Positions 1 through 9,291 of a DNA stretch of 64,000 bases are shown here, in pieces; position 1 is the first letter of the stretch, and every line of letters begins with the position of its first letter. This stretch comes from an uncultured Olsenella sp. GTDB lineage: Bacteria > Actinomycetota > Coriobacteriia > Coriobacteriales > Atopobiaceae. Under the pieces are notes generated by a model. That model was given only the letters and a program-made list of their open reading frames with translations, did no database searches and was not told where the DNA came from. A program made the translations under genes and the position numbers. The stretch spans positions 1,385 through 65,384 of the forward strand of contig CASEVE010000006.1 in assembly GCA_949291295.1 (NCBI GenBank). The letters run 5' to 3'.

Positions 1-691
1 TGCGGTGGCAGTAGGGGCACTCCGTGATCTCATCGCCGTGGGCAAGGTCGTGGAACTGGCTCGGCTGCAGCTTCACACGGCAGACGCTCGGAACGTTTCC
101 GCGCAGGCGCTCGACGGCAAGCCCCTTGAAGCGCTTGCGCGCCACTTCGTAGACGGAGAGATGCTCGGGAAGGACCTTTCCGGCAACGCGCTCGCGCTCG
201 CGGGAGAGCTCGACGATGCGGGCACGCAGCTCGGAGGAGTCGCGCGCCAGGGACTCCTCGGTTGCCTCGCGCTCTCGATCGATCTTCTCGGCGGTGAGGC
301 GAGCGTTCTTCTCGGCACGCTCGAGACGCTCGAGCTTCTCGCCCAGGGGGCCGAGGGTGAACTCGGCCTTCTCGATGTGCTTAGCAAGGGAGGTGAGCTG
401 CTGCTCGATGTCTCTCACCTCGCGATGGGTATAGGCGCCAGCGTCCGCCTTGGCCTGGACCTCGGCGGTCTTCTCGTGATAGTGCGCGAGGTTTGCGCGC
501 ACGTCCTCAATCTCGAGCTCAACGTCCTTGCGCTGTCCCACGATGCCCGTAAGCTCGGACTTCACCTTCTTTGCGGCAAGGGCGATGGTCTTGAGTCGAG
601 CCTGCTGGGGCATGGAGGCAAGCGCGGAGGCGCACTTGAGGAGCTCGAGGTCGATCTCCTGGAGCTTGATGAGGGCGGTGGCTTCGGTCAT
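1..691 (-). CDS. Coiled-coil + C4-type zinc-ribbon protein (DUF164/CT398-like); 3' end runs off the window
   Basis: Not in ORF track (no stop in window). Manual translation from ATG at 691: MTEATALIKLQEIDLEL..., long coiled coil, ends ...GNVPSVCRVKL...ITECPYCHR. Confidence 0.85.
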   Translation of the reverse strand, partial: MTEATALIKLQEIDLELLKCASALASMPQQARLKTIALAAKKVKSELTGIVGQRKDVELEIEDVRANLAHYHEKTAEVQAKADAGAYTHREVRDIEQQLTSLAKHIEKAEFTLGPLGEKLERLERAEKNARLTAEKIDREREATEESLARDSSELRARIVELSRERERVAGKVLPEHLSVYEVARKRFKGLAVERLRGNVPSVCRVKLQPSQFHDLAHGDEITECPYCHR

Positions 692-703
692 AGGTCCTCT
701 TTT

Positions 704-1885
704 CTAGCGCCGGCGGCCCTGCGCGCGCTCGGCAACGATGTTCAAAAGGGTGTGGGCAAAGCGGTCAAGCGCATCCTCGGAAACGCGCTCGTCAAAGGAA
801 ATGCGAAGGGAGCCCAGAGCCTCGTCGCGCCCGATTCCCATTGCGAGAAGAACGTGGCTTGCGTCAAGTGACCCGGAGGAGCACGCCGACGCGGCCGAGA
901 CCTCAAACCCTGCCTGGTCAAGGGAGAGGATGAGCGTCTCGGAGTCAAGCCCGGGAACCATGACGCTCACGATGCCGGGAAGACGACCCTCCCCCATCGG
1001 AACGGAGCTGGTTGCAACGACGCCGGAGCCCGGGGTGCAGACCTTCTCGCAGAGGGAGCGCGCACGGGAGCAAACAAGGTCACGCGTGGCGACAAGCTCG
1101 CCCGTGCAGGCGGAGACCGCCGCCGCAAAGGCGAGCGCGCCGCGCACGTCCTGCGTCCCGGCGCGTCGACCGAGCTCTTGGCCCCCGCCAAAGCTCTGCG
1201 GTCTCAGCGGGGCGCGACCCCTCACCGCAAGAGCGCCCACGCCGACCGGCCCGCCCACCTTGTGCGCGGCAACGCTCACGGCATCGGTTGAGCCGAGCTC
1301 GAGGGGCACATGGCAGAAGGCCTGAACGGCATCGGTGTGGAAGAGTGCCCCGCTCTTGTGCACAAGGTCCGCGATCTGGGACACAGGCTGGATGACGCCC
1401 GTCTCGTTGTTTGCGTACATGACGGAGACAAGCGCACAGGAGTCGTCAAGAAGCTCCGAGAGCGCCTCGGGCCTAACGACACCGTCGCGGTCGGGACGCA
1501 CGAGCTCCACCTCAAAGCCGCGCTCGCGCAGCGGGCCCACAAGATCGAGAACTGAGTCGTGCTCGATCGCGGAGAGCACAACCCGGGTGCGCCTGCGCTC
1601 TCGCGCGCGAGCGCCCTCCGCCATGCCAAGGACGGCAAGGTTGTTTGACTCCGTACCACCAGAGGTAAACGTCACATCTGAGGGTCGAAAGCCAGATCCG
1701 AGCGCCTGGGCGAGGGTCCTTCGGGCCCCGTCCAGAGCACGAGCCGCAAGACGCCCTGAGGTGTGCAGCGAGTTGGGGTTTGCCCCGGCAAATGCCCCCT
1801 CGTCATAGGCGCGCTCGGCATCGAGCGCCTCTTTTCTCAGGGGGCTAGATGCAGCATAGTCCAGGTATGTGAGACGGTCTGCCAT
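704..1885 (-). CDS. Cysteine desulfurase (IscS/NifS group I)
   Basis: YLDYAAS, FTSGGTESNN, HTDAVQA, PLP lysine AAHKVGGP, catalytic SAASACSSGS; start set at MADRLTY. Confidence 0.93.
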   Translation of the reverse strand: MADRLTYLDYAASSPLRKEALDAERAYDEGAFAGANPNSLHTSGRLAARALDGARRTLAQALGSGFRPSDVTFTSGGTESNNLAVLGMAEGARARERRRTRVVLSAIEHDSVLDLVGPLRERGFEVELVRPDRDGVVRPEALSELLDDSCALVSVMYANNETGVIQPVSQIADLVHKSGALFHTDAVQAFCHVPLELGSTDAVSVAAHKVGGPVGVGALAVRGRAPLRPQSFGGGQELGRRAGTQDVRGALAFAAAVSACTGELVATRDLVCSRARSLCEKVCTPGSGVVATSSVPMGEGRLPGIVSVMVPGLDSETLILSLDQAGFEVSAASACSSGSLDASHVLLAMGIGRDEALGSLRISFDERVSEDALDRFAHTLLNIVAERAQGRRR

Positions 1886-1889
1886 GGCG

Positions 1890-2567
1890 CTAGCACGTCT
1901 TCGAGGCGCCAACGAGCGCGCTTCGCCTGATGTCCGCAATGGCAGCCGCCCTGTCGGAGGCGCCAAAGACCGCGCTTCCCGCAACGATGACGTTGGCGCC
2001 CGCGCGCGTCACCTCCGACGCATTTTGCGCGGACAGTCCGCCATCAACCTCAATCATGGGGTTCACGCCGTGCTCGTCGCACATCCTCCTAAGCCGGCGA
2101 AGCTTACGCGTGGAGGACTCGATGAAGCGCTGTCCCGCAAACCCCGGGTTCACGGTCATGACGAGCACCATATCGAGGTCGTCGATGATTGGCTCGAGAG
2201 CATAGACGGGGGTCGCCGGGTTGAGCGCAACCGAGGCAACAGCTCCGCGCTCGTGGATGAGCGAGACGAGCCTGTGGGCGTGCGCCGTCGCCTCATAGTG
2301 GAAGGAGACGATGTCGGCCCCAGCGTCAAGGTACTTCTCGACCATCTCGTCAGGGTTGGAGATCATGAGGTGGGCATCGACGGGCAGACTGGTTGCCGCC
2401 TTCACGGCACGAAGGACGTCGAGACCAAAGGTGAGGTTGGGCACAAAGTGTCCGTCCATGACATCAAAGTGAACAAGGTCCGCCGAGGTGATGTCCGCCA
2501 GCTCCGAGCCCAGACGGGCAAAGTCCGCGGAGAGGATGGACGGGGCTATCTTGATCTCGTTGGGCAT
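1890..2567 (-). CDS. rpe: Ribulose-phosphate 3-epimerase
   Basis: IAPSILSADF, HFDVMDGHFVPNLTFG, DAHLMI, MTVNPGFAGQ, EVDGG. Confidence 0.96.
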   Translation of the reverse strand: MPNEIKIAPSILSADFARLGSELADITSADLVHFDVMDGHFVPNLTFGLDVLRAVKAATSLPVDAHLMISNPDEMVEKYLDAGADIVSFHYEATAHAHRLVSLIHERGAVASVALNPATPVYALEPIIDDLDMVLVMTVNPGFAGQRFIESSTRKLRRLRRMCDEHGVNPMIEVDGGLSAQNASEVTRAGANVIVAGSAVFGASDRAAAIADIRRSALVGASKTC

Positions 2568-2568
2568 C

Positions 2569-3240
2569 CTAGCTCTCCTTATCTTGGGACTTGTGGAACG
2601 CAAAGCGGCGCTCCTCGCCATGGGTGAGGCGCCTCACGTTCTCGCGATGCGACCAGATGACAACGATGGCGGCCACAACCACGGGAACGACGGAGACCGC
2701 GGGAAAGCCAAAGATGACGCACCAGACGGGAAGCGACGCCGCGGCAACAACGGAGCCAAGGGAGACGAGTCGCGTCGGAATCACCAGCAGCAGAAAGAGC
2801 GCGAGAAGTCCCACGCCAATGGGCCAATAGAGCCCAAGTGCCGCCCCAAAGCCAACGGCGATGCCCTTGCCGCCATGAAAGCGGAGGTAGGGGGTGAAGA
2901 CGTGACCCATGATGCAGCCGAGAAAGACACAGGAAAGCGAGGCGCCAAAGACGGTGGTGTGGTCAAGGGCAGCCACGTCCCCTCCCAGCGCGAGCGACGC
3001 GATGGCAAAGCGGGAGACAAGCATCCAGACAAGCCCCTTGCCAAGATCGAGCAGAAGCGTGGCGGCAGCGGCGCGCTTGCCCACCGAGCGAGCCACATTG
3101 GTGGTGCCAATGTTGCCCGAGCCAACCTCTCGAACGTCAATGTGACCCATGGCCAGGGCAATGACCAGGCCGAAGGGGATGCCGCACACGAAGTAGGCGC
3201 CAAGGGTGAAGACGAGCGTCCAGAGCACGAGCGGGTCCAC
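2569..3240 (-). CDS. plsY: Glycerol-3-phosphate acyltransferase PlsY
   Basis: GSGNIGTTNVARS, LLDLGKG, GHVFTPYLRFHGGKGIA, HRENVRRL; multi-TM. Confidence 0.95.
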   Translation of the reverse strand: MDPLVLWTLVFTLGAYFVCGIPFGLVIALAMGHIDVREVGSGNIGTTNVARSVGKRAAAATLLLDLGKGLVWMLVSRFAIASLALGGDVAALDHTTVFGASLSCVFLGCIMGHVFTPYLRFHGGKGIAVGFGAALGLYWPIGVGLLALFLLLVIPTRLVSLGSVVAAASLPVWCVIFGFPAVSVVPVVVAAIVVIWSHRENVRRLTHGEERRFAFHKSQDKES

Positions 3241-4571
3241 TAGCGATCGCCCCCCTCGGACTTGCGGCGGAACTTGAGGCGCACGGGCGTGCCCGTGAGG
3301 TCAAAGCGTGCGCGCAGGCGGTTCTCGAGGAAGCGCTCGAAGTTATCGTCAACAAGCTCGGGGGCGTTGCACCAGAAGGAGATGACGGGAGGCTTGGAGC
3401 CCGTCTGCGTGGCGTACTGGATCTTGAGGCGGCGGCCCCTCTCGCTGCGCGTGTGACCGCCCTCGCGGATCTCGGCGAGAAGATCGTTGAGCTCGGAGGT
3501 CCTGAGCTGCGTCGCGTGCGCCTCCGCAGCGCGCAGGGCGAGGGCGAGCACCTTGTCGGTGGCGCGCCCGGTGAGCGCGGAGACGTTAACGTAGGGGACC
3601 CAGGGCGCGAAGGCGAGGCGCTTCTCGATGGAGGCGACGATGTCGTTTCGCTGCTGCTCGGTTTCCACGAGGTCCCATTTGTTGAGGACGAGCACGATGC
3701 CGCAACCGCGGTCGATGGCCATGTTGGCGACCTTCTGGTCCTGCTCGGTCACGCCCACGGTGGCGTCGACGACGAGCAGGCACACGTCGGCGCGGTCGAT
3801 CGCCTGAAGGCCGCGCACCAGGCTGTAATACTCAACGTCCTCGTGGACCTGCGTCTTCTTGCGCATACCCGCGGTGTCGACGAGCTTGATGGGCTGGCCT
3901 TTCCACTCGATCACGGTGTCGATGGCGTCGCGCGTGGTGCCGGCAACGTCCGAGACGATGGAGCGCTTCTTGTTAGCGAGGCGGTTGGCGAGGCTGGACT
4001 TGCCCACGTTGGGACGGCCGACGATGGCTAAGGAGAGCATCTCCTCCTCGGGCTCGACCTCCTGCTCCTCGGGAAAGGCCGCAACGATCTCATCGAGAAG
4101 GTCACCCGTGCCGTGGCCGTGACCCGCGGAGAGAGGACGCGGCTCGCCAACGCCAAGCGCGTAGAAGTCCCAGAGGCCATCCTGCTCGGTGGCGGGGTTG
4201 TCCTTCTTGTTGACCACGAGGAAGACGGGCTTGTCCTGCTTGCGGAGAACGCGCGCGACCTCCTCGTCCTCATCGGTCACGCCGGTGGTTCCGTCGACCA
4301 CAAAGACGATGACGTCAGCCTCCTCGCAGGCAAGAAGGGCCTGTTCGCGAATACGCGGCGCAAAGACGTCCTTGGACTTGACGGACTCGATGCCGCCGGT
4401 GTCGATGAGGGTGAAGTCACGGCCGTTCCAGTCGGCGTCGTGATACGAGCGGTCACGCGTGACGCCGCGCGACTCGTGGACGATGGCGTCGCGACTCACC
4501 GCAATGCGGTTGACGAGCGTGGACTTGCCGACGTTGGGGCGGCCGACCACAGCGACTACGGGCTTAGGCAT
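3240..4571 (-). CDS. der: Ribosome biogenesis GTPase Der (EngA)
   Basis: Two G domains (GRPNVGKST / GRPNVGKSS, DTGG / DTAG, NKKD / NKWD) plus C-terminal KH-like domain. Confidence 0.98.
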   Translation of the reverse strand: MPKPVVAVVGRPNVGKSTLVNRIAVSRDAIVHESRGVTRDRSYHDADWNGRDFTLIDTGGIESVKSKDVFAPRIREQALLACEEADVIVFVVDGTTGVTDEDEEVARVLRKQDKPVFLVVNKKDNPATEQDGLWDFYALGVGEPRPLSAGHGHGTGDLLDEIVAAFPEEQEVEPEEEMLSLAIVGRPNVGKSSLANRLANKKRSIVSDVAGTTRDAIDTVIEWKGQPIKLVDTAGMRKKTQVHEDVEYYSLVRGLQAIDRADVCLLVVDATVGVTEQDQKVANMAIDRGCGIVLVLNKWDLVETEQQRNDIVASIEKRLAFAPWVPYVNVSALTGRATDKVLALALRAAEAHATQLRTSELNDLLAEIREGGHTRSERGRRLKIQYATQTGSKPPVISFWCNAPELVDDNFERFLENRLRARFDLTGTPVRLKFRRKSEGGDR

Positions 4572-4602
4572 CTGCTCTCCTTGCTATTCCGTTTGCGCAG
4601 CT

Positions 4603-4611
4603 AGTCTACCA
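4603..4611 (-). promoter_or_regulatory. Extended -10 promoter candidate for der operon (TGG-TAGACT)
   Basis: Minus strand TGGTAGACT about 30 nt upstream of der ATG and its GGAG SD. Confidence 0.45.
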
Positions 4612-4758
4612 CGAACGGTAGGTTTTAGCCCGTGAGCGCGTGAAATCCCCACGATAGCGCCTCTCGATGTGGTTTCTCGGTTTTTGTGGCGTTGGTCAGG
4701 CTTGGTCATGATCTGCGGGCCTGTGGCACAATGGCTGGCGAGAAGAACGGGGGAAGAC

Positions 4759-6144
4759 ATGGCTGAGCAGAAACGCGCAGACTACGCCTCGACGCGCCCG
4801 CAGGCAAACAGCGCCTGGGTGGCCTCCGTCGAGGAGGGAAGTCCCGCCTGGGAGGCGGGCATCGAGCCGGGCATGCGCATAGCGCGCGTGAACGGCGTCG
4901 AGCCGCGCGACCTCATCGACTGGCGCTGGGAGGCCGATGGGGCCTGCTGCGAGCTTGAGGTCTTCGACCCGCGCGACAACACCACGACCCCCTGCGAGCT
5001 CTGGCGCGAGCCGGGTCAGGACTGGGGCATCGACTTCACTGACGTGCTCTTTGACGGCATCCGCACGTGTGTGAACGCGTGTCAGTTCTGCTTCATGGCG
5101 ATGCTGCCGCCCGAGGCGCGCGCCACGCTCACCTTGCGCGACGACGACTATCGCCTCTCCTTTCTCCAGGGCAACTTCGTGACGCTCACCAACGTCTCCG
5201 ACGAGGAGGCGGACCGCATCGTCGAGTGCGGGCTCTCCCCGATGAACGTTTCCATCCACGCGATCACGCCCGAGGTGCGCCGCTCGCTCATCGGGCGACG
5301 GGCAGACCGCGGCATAGAGGTGCTCGAGCGTCTGCTCGCCGGTGGCATCGAGGTCCATGCGCAGATCGTGCTCTGTCCCGGCATCAACGACGGCGCCGAG
5401 CTTGCCGCCACGCTCGATTGGGTCGAGGCGCATCCGGGCATCACGTCACTCGCCATCGTGCCGCTCGGCTACACCAAGCACAGCCGACGCTTCAAGAGCT
5501 CGTACTCAGATGACGTCGAGGCGTCGCGCGCCGTGGTGCGCCTGCTCGAGCCCTATCAGGAGCGGGCGAGAAAAACGCTTGGAATCACACGGTTCCAACT
5601 CTCTGACGAGTTCTATGTCGACGCGCGCCTGCCCGTGCCCGCCGCCGAGACCTACGACGGTTACCCGCAGTTCTATGACGGCATCGGCATGCTTCGCAGC
5701 TTTCTCGACGAGACCGCAGACGTCGCACGCTCGCGCGAGGATGAGATTGCGGCCCTGCAAGACGCCCTGACGAGGGCCGGCCTGTGCGCACGGCTCGTTT
5801 GCGGCGAGGCGGCCCAGGAGACGATAGAGGCCTTCTGCGCGCTCTTCTCGCCAGCGGGAGTTGTTGGCACGCACGCCATCCGTAACGACTACTTTGGCGG
5901 CGACGTCAACGTGACGGGGCTCATCGTATCCGAGGACCTGCTCGCGCAGCTTCCCCGGGACCTCTTGGGAACGCTCGTGGTTCTCCCCGAGGTGATGTTC
6001 AACTTTGACCGGCTCACGCTGGACGGCGACACACAGTCGCACATCATCGAGAATCTGGAAAGACGCGGTGCGCGCGTCTGCGTGAGCGTGCCCAATCCGG
6101 GCGACTACATGGACGCACTGGGCAAAGCACTGCTTGGTCGTTAG
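4759..6144 (+). CDS. PDZ + DUF512 radical-SAM-like Fe-S protein (TIGR03279-like)
   Basis: N-terminal PDZ-like region, CVNACQFC (CX3CX2C), RDDDYRLSFLQGNFVTLTN, NDYFGGDVNVTGL. Confidence 0.9.
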   Translation: MAEQKRADYASTRPQANSAWVASVEEGSPAWEAGIEPGMRIARVNGVEPRDLIDWRWEADGACCELEVFDPRDNTTTPCELWREPGQDWGIDFTDVLFDGIRTCVNACQFCFMAMLPPEARATLTLRDDDYRLSFLQGNFVTLTNVSDEEADRIVECGLSPMNVSIHAITPEVRRSLIGRRADRGIEVLERLLAGGIEVHAQIVLCPGINDGAELAATLDWVEAHPGITSLAIVPLGYTKHSRRFKSSYSDDVEASRAVVRLLEPYQERARKTLGITRFQLSDEFYVDARLPVPAAETYDGYPQFYDGIGMLRSFLDETADVARSREDEIAALQDALTRAGLCARLVCGEAAQETIEAFCALFSPAGVVGTHAIRNDYFGGDVNVTGLIVSEDLLAQLPRDLLGTLVVLPEVMFNFDRLTLDGDTQSHIIENLERRGARVCVSVPNPGDYMDALGKALLGR

Positions 6145-6188
6145 GCATCCGAGAGCACGAGAAGCGCCCGTGAGGAGTGCCCGTGGAC

Positions 6189-7031
6189 CTAGGCGCTCAC
6201 CAGACGCTCGATCTGAGCTCGAACGGCCTCGATCTGACTAGCCGGCGTGCTCGCACCGGCGGTGATCCCGATAAGATCAGCGTCGTCAAACCACTCCGCC
6301 CGAAGCTCGTCGGCACCTTCGACGTGATGCGTCCGGGGGCAGCACGAGGCAGAGATCTCGGCGAGGCGGGTGGTGTTGGCGGAGATGCGGCCGCCGATGA
6401 CGATCATCACGTCGGCCTCCCCTGCCAGCCGCTCCGCCGCCGCCTGGTGCCCCGAGGTTGCCTCGCAGATCGTGTTGATGACGCGCACCTCCTCGGCAAC
6501 GCCAAGAAGCGCGTCCACAACCTCAGCGAGAAGCGCCCGGCGCGCCGTTGTCTGGACGACGACCCCCACCTTACGCGCGTGCGGCAGGCTCGCCGCCTCC
6601 TCGGCAGACCCAACCACGACGGCGCCCGGAGCATGCGGAAGCGTCGCCTCCACCTCTGGATGCCCGGCCTCCCCCACCACGACGACCTGATACCCCTCGC
6701 GAGAGAGTCGCTCGGCCGCAAGGTGAACCTTCTTCACAAAGGGACACGTGGCGTCGAGCACGCGCGCACAGAGCTCGCGCGCCCGTAGCTCCTCCTCGGG
6801 AACGGTGCCGTGCGTGCGCAGGAGCAGTGTGTCTCCCGCCGCCTCCTCGGGCGAGCCGACGGCGTCCACGCCCTTCTCGGCAAGCCCAGCGACCACGCGC
6901 GGGTTGTGGATGAGCGGGCCGAGCGTATGGACACGCCCCGTCTTTTCGGCGGCCGCAGCCTCGACGAGCTGGAGGGCGCGCTCCACGCCGTAGCAGGCTC
7001 CAGCCTCATCGGCGATGCGAATCTCGGGCAT
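6189..7031 (-). CDS. ispH: 4-hydroxy-3-methylbut-2-enyl diphosphate reductase
   Basis: AGACYGVERA, LGPLIHNP, DATCPFV, HPEV, NTICEAT, IGGRISANT, ITAGASTP. Confidence 0.95.
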   Translation of the reverse strand: MPEIRIADEAGACYGVERALQLVEAAAAEKTGRVHTLGPLIHNPRVVAGLAEKGVDAVGSPEEAAGDTLLLRTHGTVPEEELRARELCARVLDATCPFVKKVHLAAERLSREGYQVVVVGEAGHPEVEATLPHAPGAVVVGSAEEAASLPHARKVGVVVQTTARRALLAEVVDALLGVAEEVRVINTICEATSGHQAAAERLAGEADVMIVIGGRISANTTRLAEISASCCPRTHHVEGADELRAEWFDDADLIGITAGASTPASQIEAVRAQIERLVSA

Positions 7032-7032
7032 G

Positions 7033-7764
7033 CTACTCAACTCCCGGGTGCTCTCGGCGAAGCTCGTCGCGCAGGGCATAGACGCGCTCCATCCCCACGC
7101 GCTCCATCTCGGCGAGCTGCTCCTTGCGCTTGTCGGAGCTGAGCTCGGACCACTCGATGGGCGTTCCAACGCGAACGTAGACCGGTCGCCTGAAGCGCAG
7201 CTTGCGGGCGCCGACAATGGCCACGGGCTGAACGGGCGCCTTGGCGAGCTGGGCCATGATCGCATAGCCGCCGTGACTTATGGCCTCCTCGTCTTTGCGG
7301 ACGCGGGTGCCCTCCGGGTAGATGAGCACGCACTCGCCGCGCATGAGCATCGCACGCGCGCGGCGCACGGTCTTCATGTCCGCGGTGCCGCGCTCGACGG
7401 GAAAGCCGCCAGCACGGGAGAAGAGCCAAGTGACGGGGAGGATTTTGTCAAAGTCGCTCTTGTAGACAATGCGAACGGGAACGTGAGCAAGCCACATCGT
7501 CACAACGGCCACGACGGGGTCGAGCATGGACTCGTGGTTCATGATGATCACGCGCCCTCGCCCGTCCTCGGTGAGGAGCTCCTCGCGCTCCACGCGCCAC
7601 GGCCACAGGAATTTGGTGATCACCCAGAGCAGGCGAACGACAAAGCCTATGAGCAGGCGACCGGGAAGCGGGTGCTCGCGGATGTCGTGGTCGTAGTAGT
7701 CGTCAAAGCTGTTGCCCGAGAAGGCGCGCATGCGCCCCTCGCCGCTCCTCTCGCCCGCGCTCAT
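7033..7764 (-). CDS. plsC: 1-acyl-sn-glycerol-3-phosphate acyltransferase (PlsC family)
   Basis: NHESMLD (NHX4D), FPVERG, IYPEGTR; between cmk and ispH. Confidence 0.88.
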   Translation of the reverse strand: MSAGERSGEGRMRAFSGNSFDDYYDHDIREHPLPGRLLIGFVVRLLWVITKFLWPWRVEREELLTEDGRGRVIIMNHESMLDPVVAVVTMWLAHVPVRIVYKSDFDKILPVTWLFSRAGGFPVERGTADMKTVRRARAMLMRGECVLIYPEGTRVRKDEEAISHGGYAIMAQLAKAPVQPVAIVGARKLRFRRPVYVRVGTPIEWSELSSDKRKEQLAEMERVGMERVYALRDELRREHPGVE

Positions 7765-8480
7765 GACGCATCACCCTCGGCGCGCGCCCCAAGGTCTGGG
7801 GAGAGGGCAAGGATGGCCCCGATGACCTCCTCAAAGGAGAGCTCCGAGGAGTCAATGCGAACGGCGTCCTCCGCAGGTCGCAAAGGGGACGTCTCGCGCG
7901 AGGAGTCGTAGGTGTCGCGCCGGACAAGGTCGGCAAGGATCTCCTGCTCGGAGGCCTCATCGACGGCAACGCTGTCGCCCGTCGCAAGGTTTCCCCCCTG
8001 ACGCTGGACCGCGCGGCGGCGCGCCCGGGCCTCGGGAGAGGCGCTGAGAAACACCTTGACGTCGGCGGCGGGAAAGACGACGGTTCCGATGTCGCGCCCC
8101 TCAGCGATGACATCTCCGCCCTTGCCCACCGCTCGCTGGAGCGAGACCATGACGTCGCGCACCGCAGGGTTGGCCGAGACCGGCGAGACGGCAAGCTCGA
8201 CCTCGGGCGTGCGGATGGCGGCCGAGACGTCCTCGCCGTCAAGAAGGACGGTCTGAGAGCCGTCGCCGGCCGTCTCGAACGAGATGCTAACGCAACGGGC
8301 AACGTCAGCCACGGCATCGGCGTCCTCGGGGTCCACGCCGCGCTTGAGGCACGCAAGCGCAACCGAACGATACATCGCGCCGGTATCGAGATAGGTGAGG
8401 CCGCAGCGGCGAGCAATCTCGCGCGCGACGGAGGACTTTCCCGAGCCGGACGGCCCGTCAATGGCAACGATCACGGTCAC
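7761..8480 (-). CDS. cmk: Cytidylate kinase
   Basis: AIDGPSGSGKSS, LDTGAMYR, AEGRDIGTVVFP, RRDTYDSSR. Confidence 0.97.
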   Translation of the reverse strand: MTVIVAIDGPSGSGKSSVAREIARRCGLTYLDTGAMYRSVALACLKRGVDPEDADAVADVARCVSISFETAGDGSQTVLLDGEDVSAAIRTPEVELAVSPVSANPAVRDVMVSLQRAVGKGGDVIAEGRDIGTVVFPAADVKVFLSASPEARARRRAVQRQGGNLATGDSVAVDEASEQEILADLVRRDTYDSSRETSPLRPAEDAVRIDSSELSFEEVIGAILALSPDLGARAEGDAS

Positions 8481-9291
8481 TCCTTCCTGTGCAGAGCGCC
8501 TCGAGCGCCCTTATCTCCCCTTCTGTGAGCTCACGCCAGCCGCCCTCCCGCACATCCGAGAGGCGAAGCGGACCAAACTCGTCACGGTGCAGGCGAAGCA
8601 CCTTGTGGCCAACCGCCTGCATCATCTTCTTAACCTGGTGCTTTCTACCCTCGTGTATGATGAGCCCCACCACGGCGTTTCTCTCTCCCCCGCCGGTGCG
8701 TCCCGCCCCGTGGGGCGCCACCAGCGAGAAGAGCGGGTCTTTCGGCATGATGAGCTCTGCTTGCGCGGGCGCTGCCGGGCCGTCCTCGAGCATCACCCCG
8801 GAGCGGAGCCTATCGAGATCCCGCTCGTCGGGGGTACCGCAGACGAGCGCCACGTAGTGCTTGGTCACGTGATGCGACGGGTGCAAAAGCGTCTGGCCGA
8901 GGTTGCCGTCGGTAGTGAACAGGAGCAGGCCCGTGGTGTCTTGGTCGAGCCGGCCCACGGGATAGAGCCCCGGGTGCTGAGCCACGGGCACGAGCTCTGC
9001 CACGGTGGGCCGTCCCTGGGGGTCGCTCATCGTGGTGAGATAGCCTGCGGGCTTGTAGAGCATGAGGTGGAAGGGCCGCTCCTCGATGGAGCAGACGACC
9101 CCGTCTACCGTCACGACGTCGCTCACGGGGTCCACCTTGCTGCCGAGCTCGCTTACCACCTCACCGTTCACGCGCACCCGACCAGCCGTCATGAGACGCT
9201 CGGAGCCGCGTCGGCTCGCCACGCCGGCTCGAGCAAGGAAGCGCTGAAGGCGCATGGGGTACAGTCCGTCCTCGCGGATGGGGTCACTCAT
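8458..9291 (-). CDS. rluB: 23S rRNA pseudouridine synthase (RluB/RsuA family)
   Basis: S4 domain (RLQRFLARAGVASRR), VGRLDQDTTGLLL, EGRKHQVKKM; downstream of scpAB. Confidence 0.88.
   Translation of the reverse strand: MSDPIREDGLYPMRLQRFLARAGVASRRGSERLMTAGRVRVNGEVVSELGSKVDPVSDVVTVDGVVCSIEERPFHLMLYKPAGYLTTMSDPQGRPTVAELVPVAQHPGLYPVGRLDQDTTGLLLFTTDGNLGQTLLHPSHHVTKHYVALVCGTPDERDLDRLRSGVMLEDGPAAPAQAELIMPKDPLFSLVAPHGAGRTGGGERNAVVGLIIHEGRKHQVKKMMQAVGHKVLRLHRDEFGPLRLSDVREGGWRELTEGEIRALEALCTGRSDRDRCH

Noticed and set aside
5-871. 288-aa plus-strand ORF
   Set aside because: Antisense shadow of the zinc-ribbon gene and the desulfurase 3' end; no recognisable motifs.
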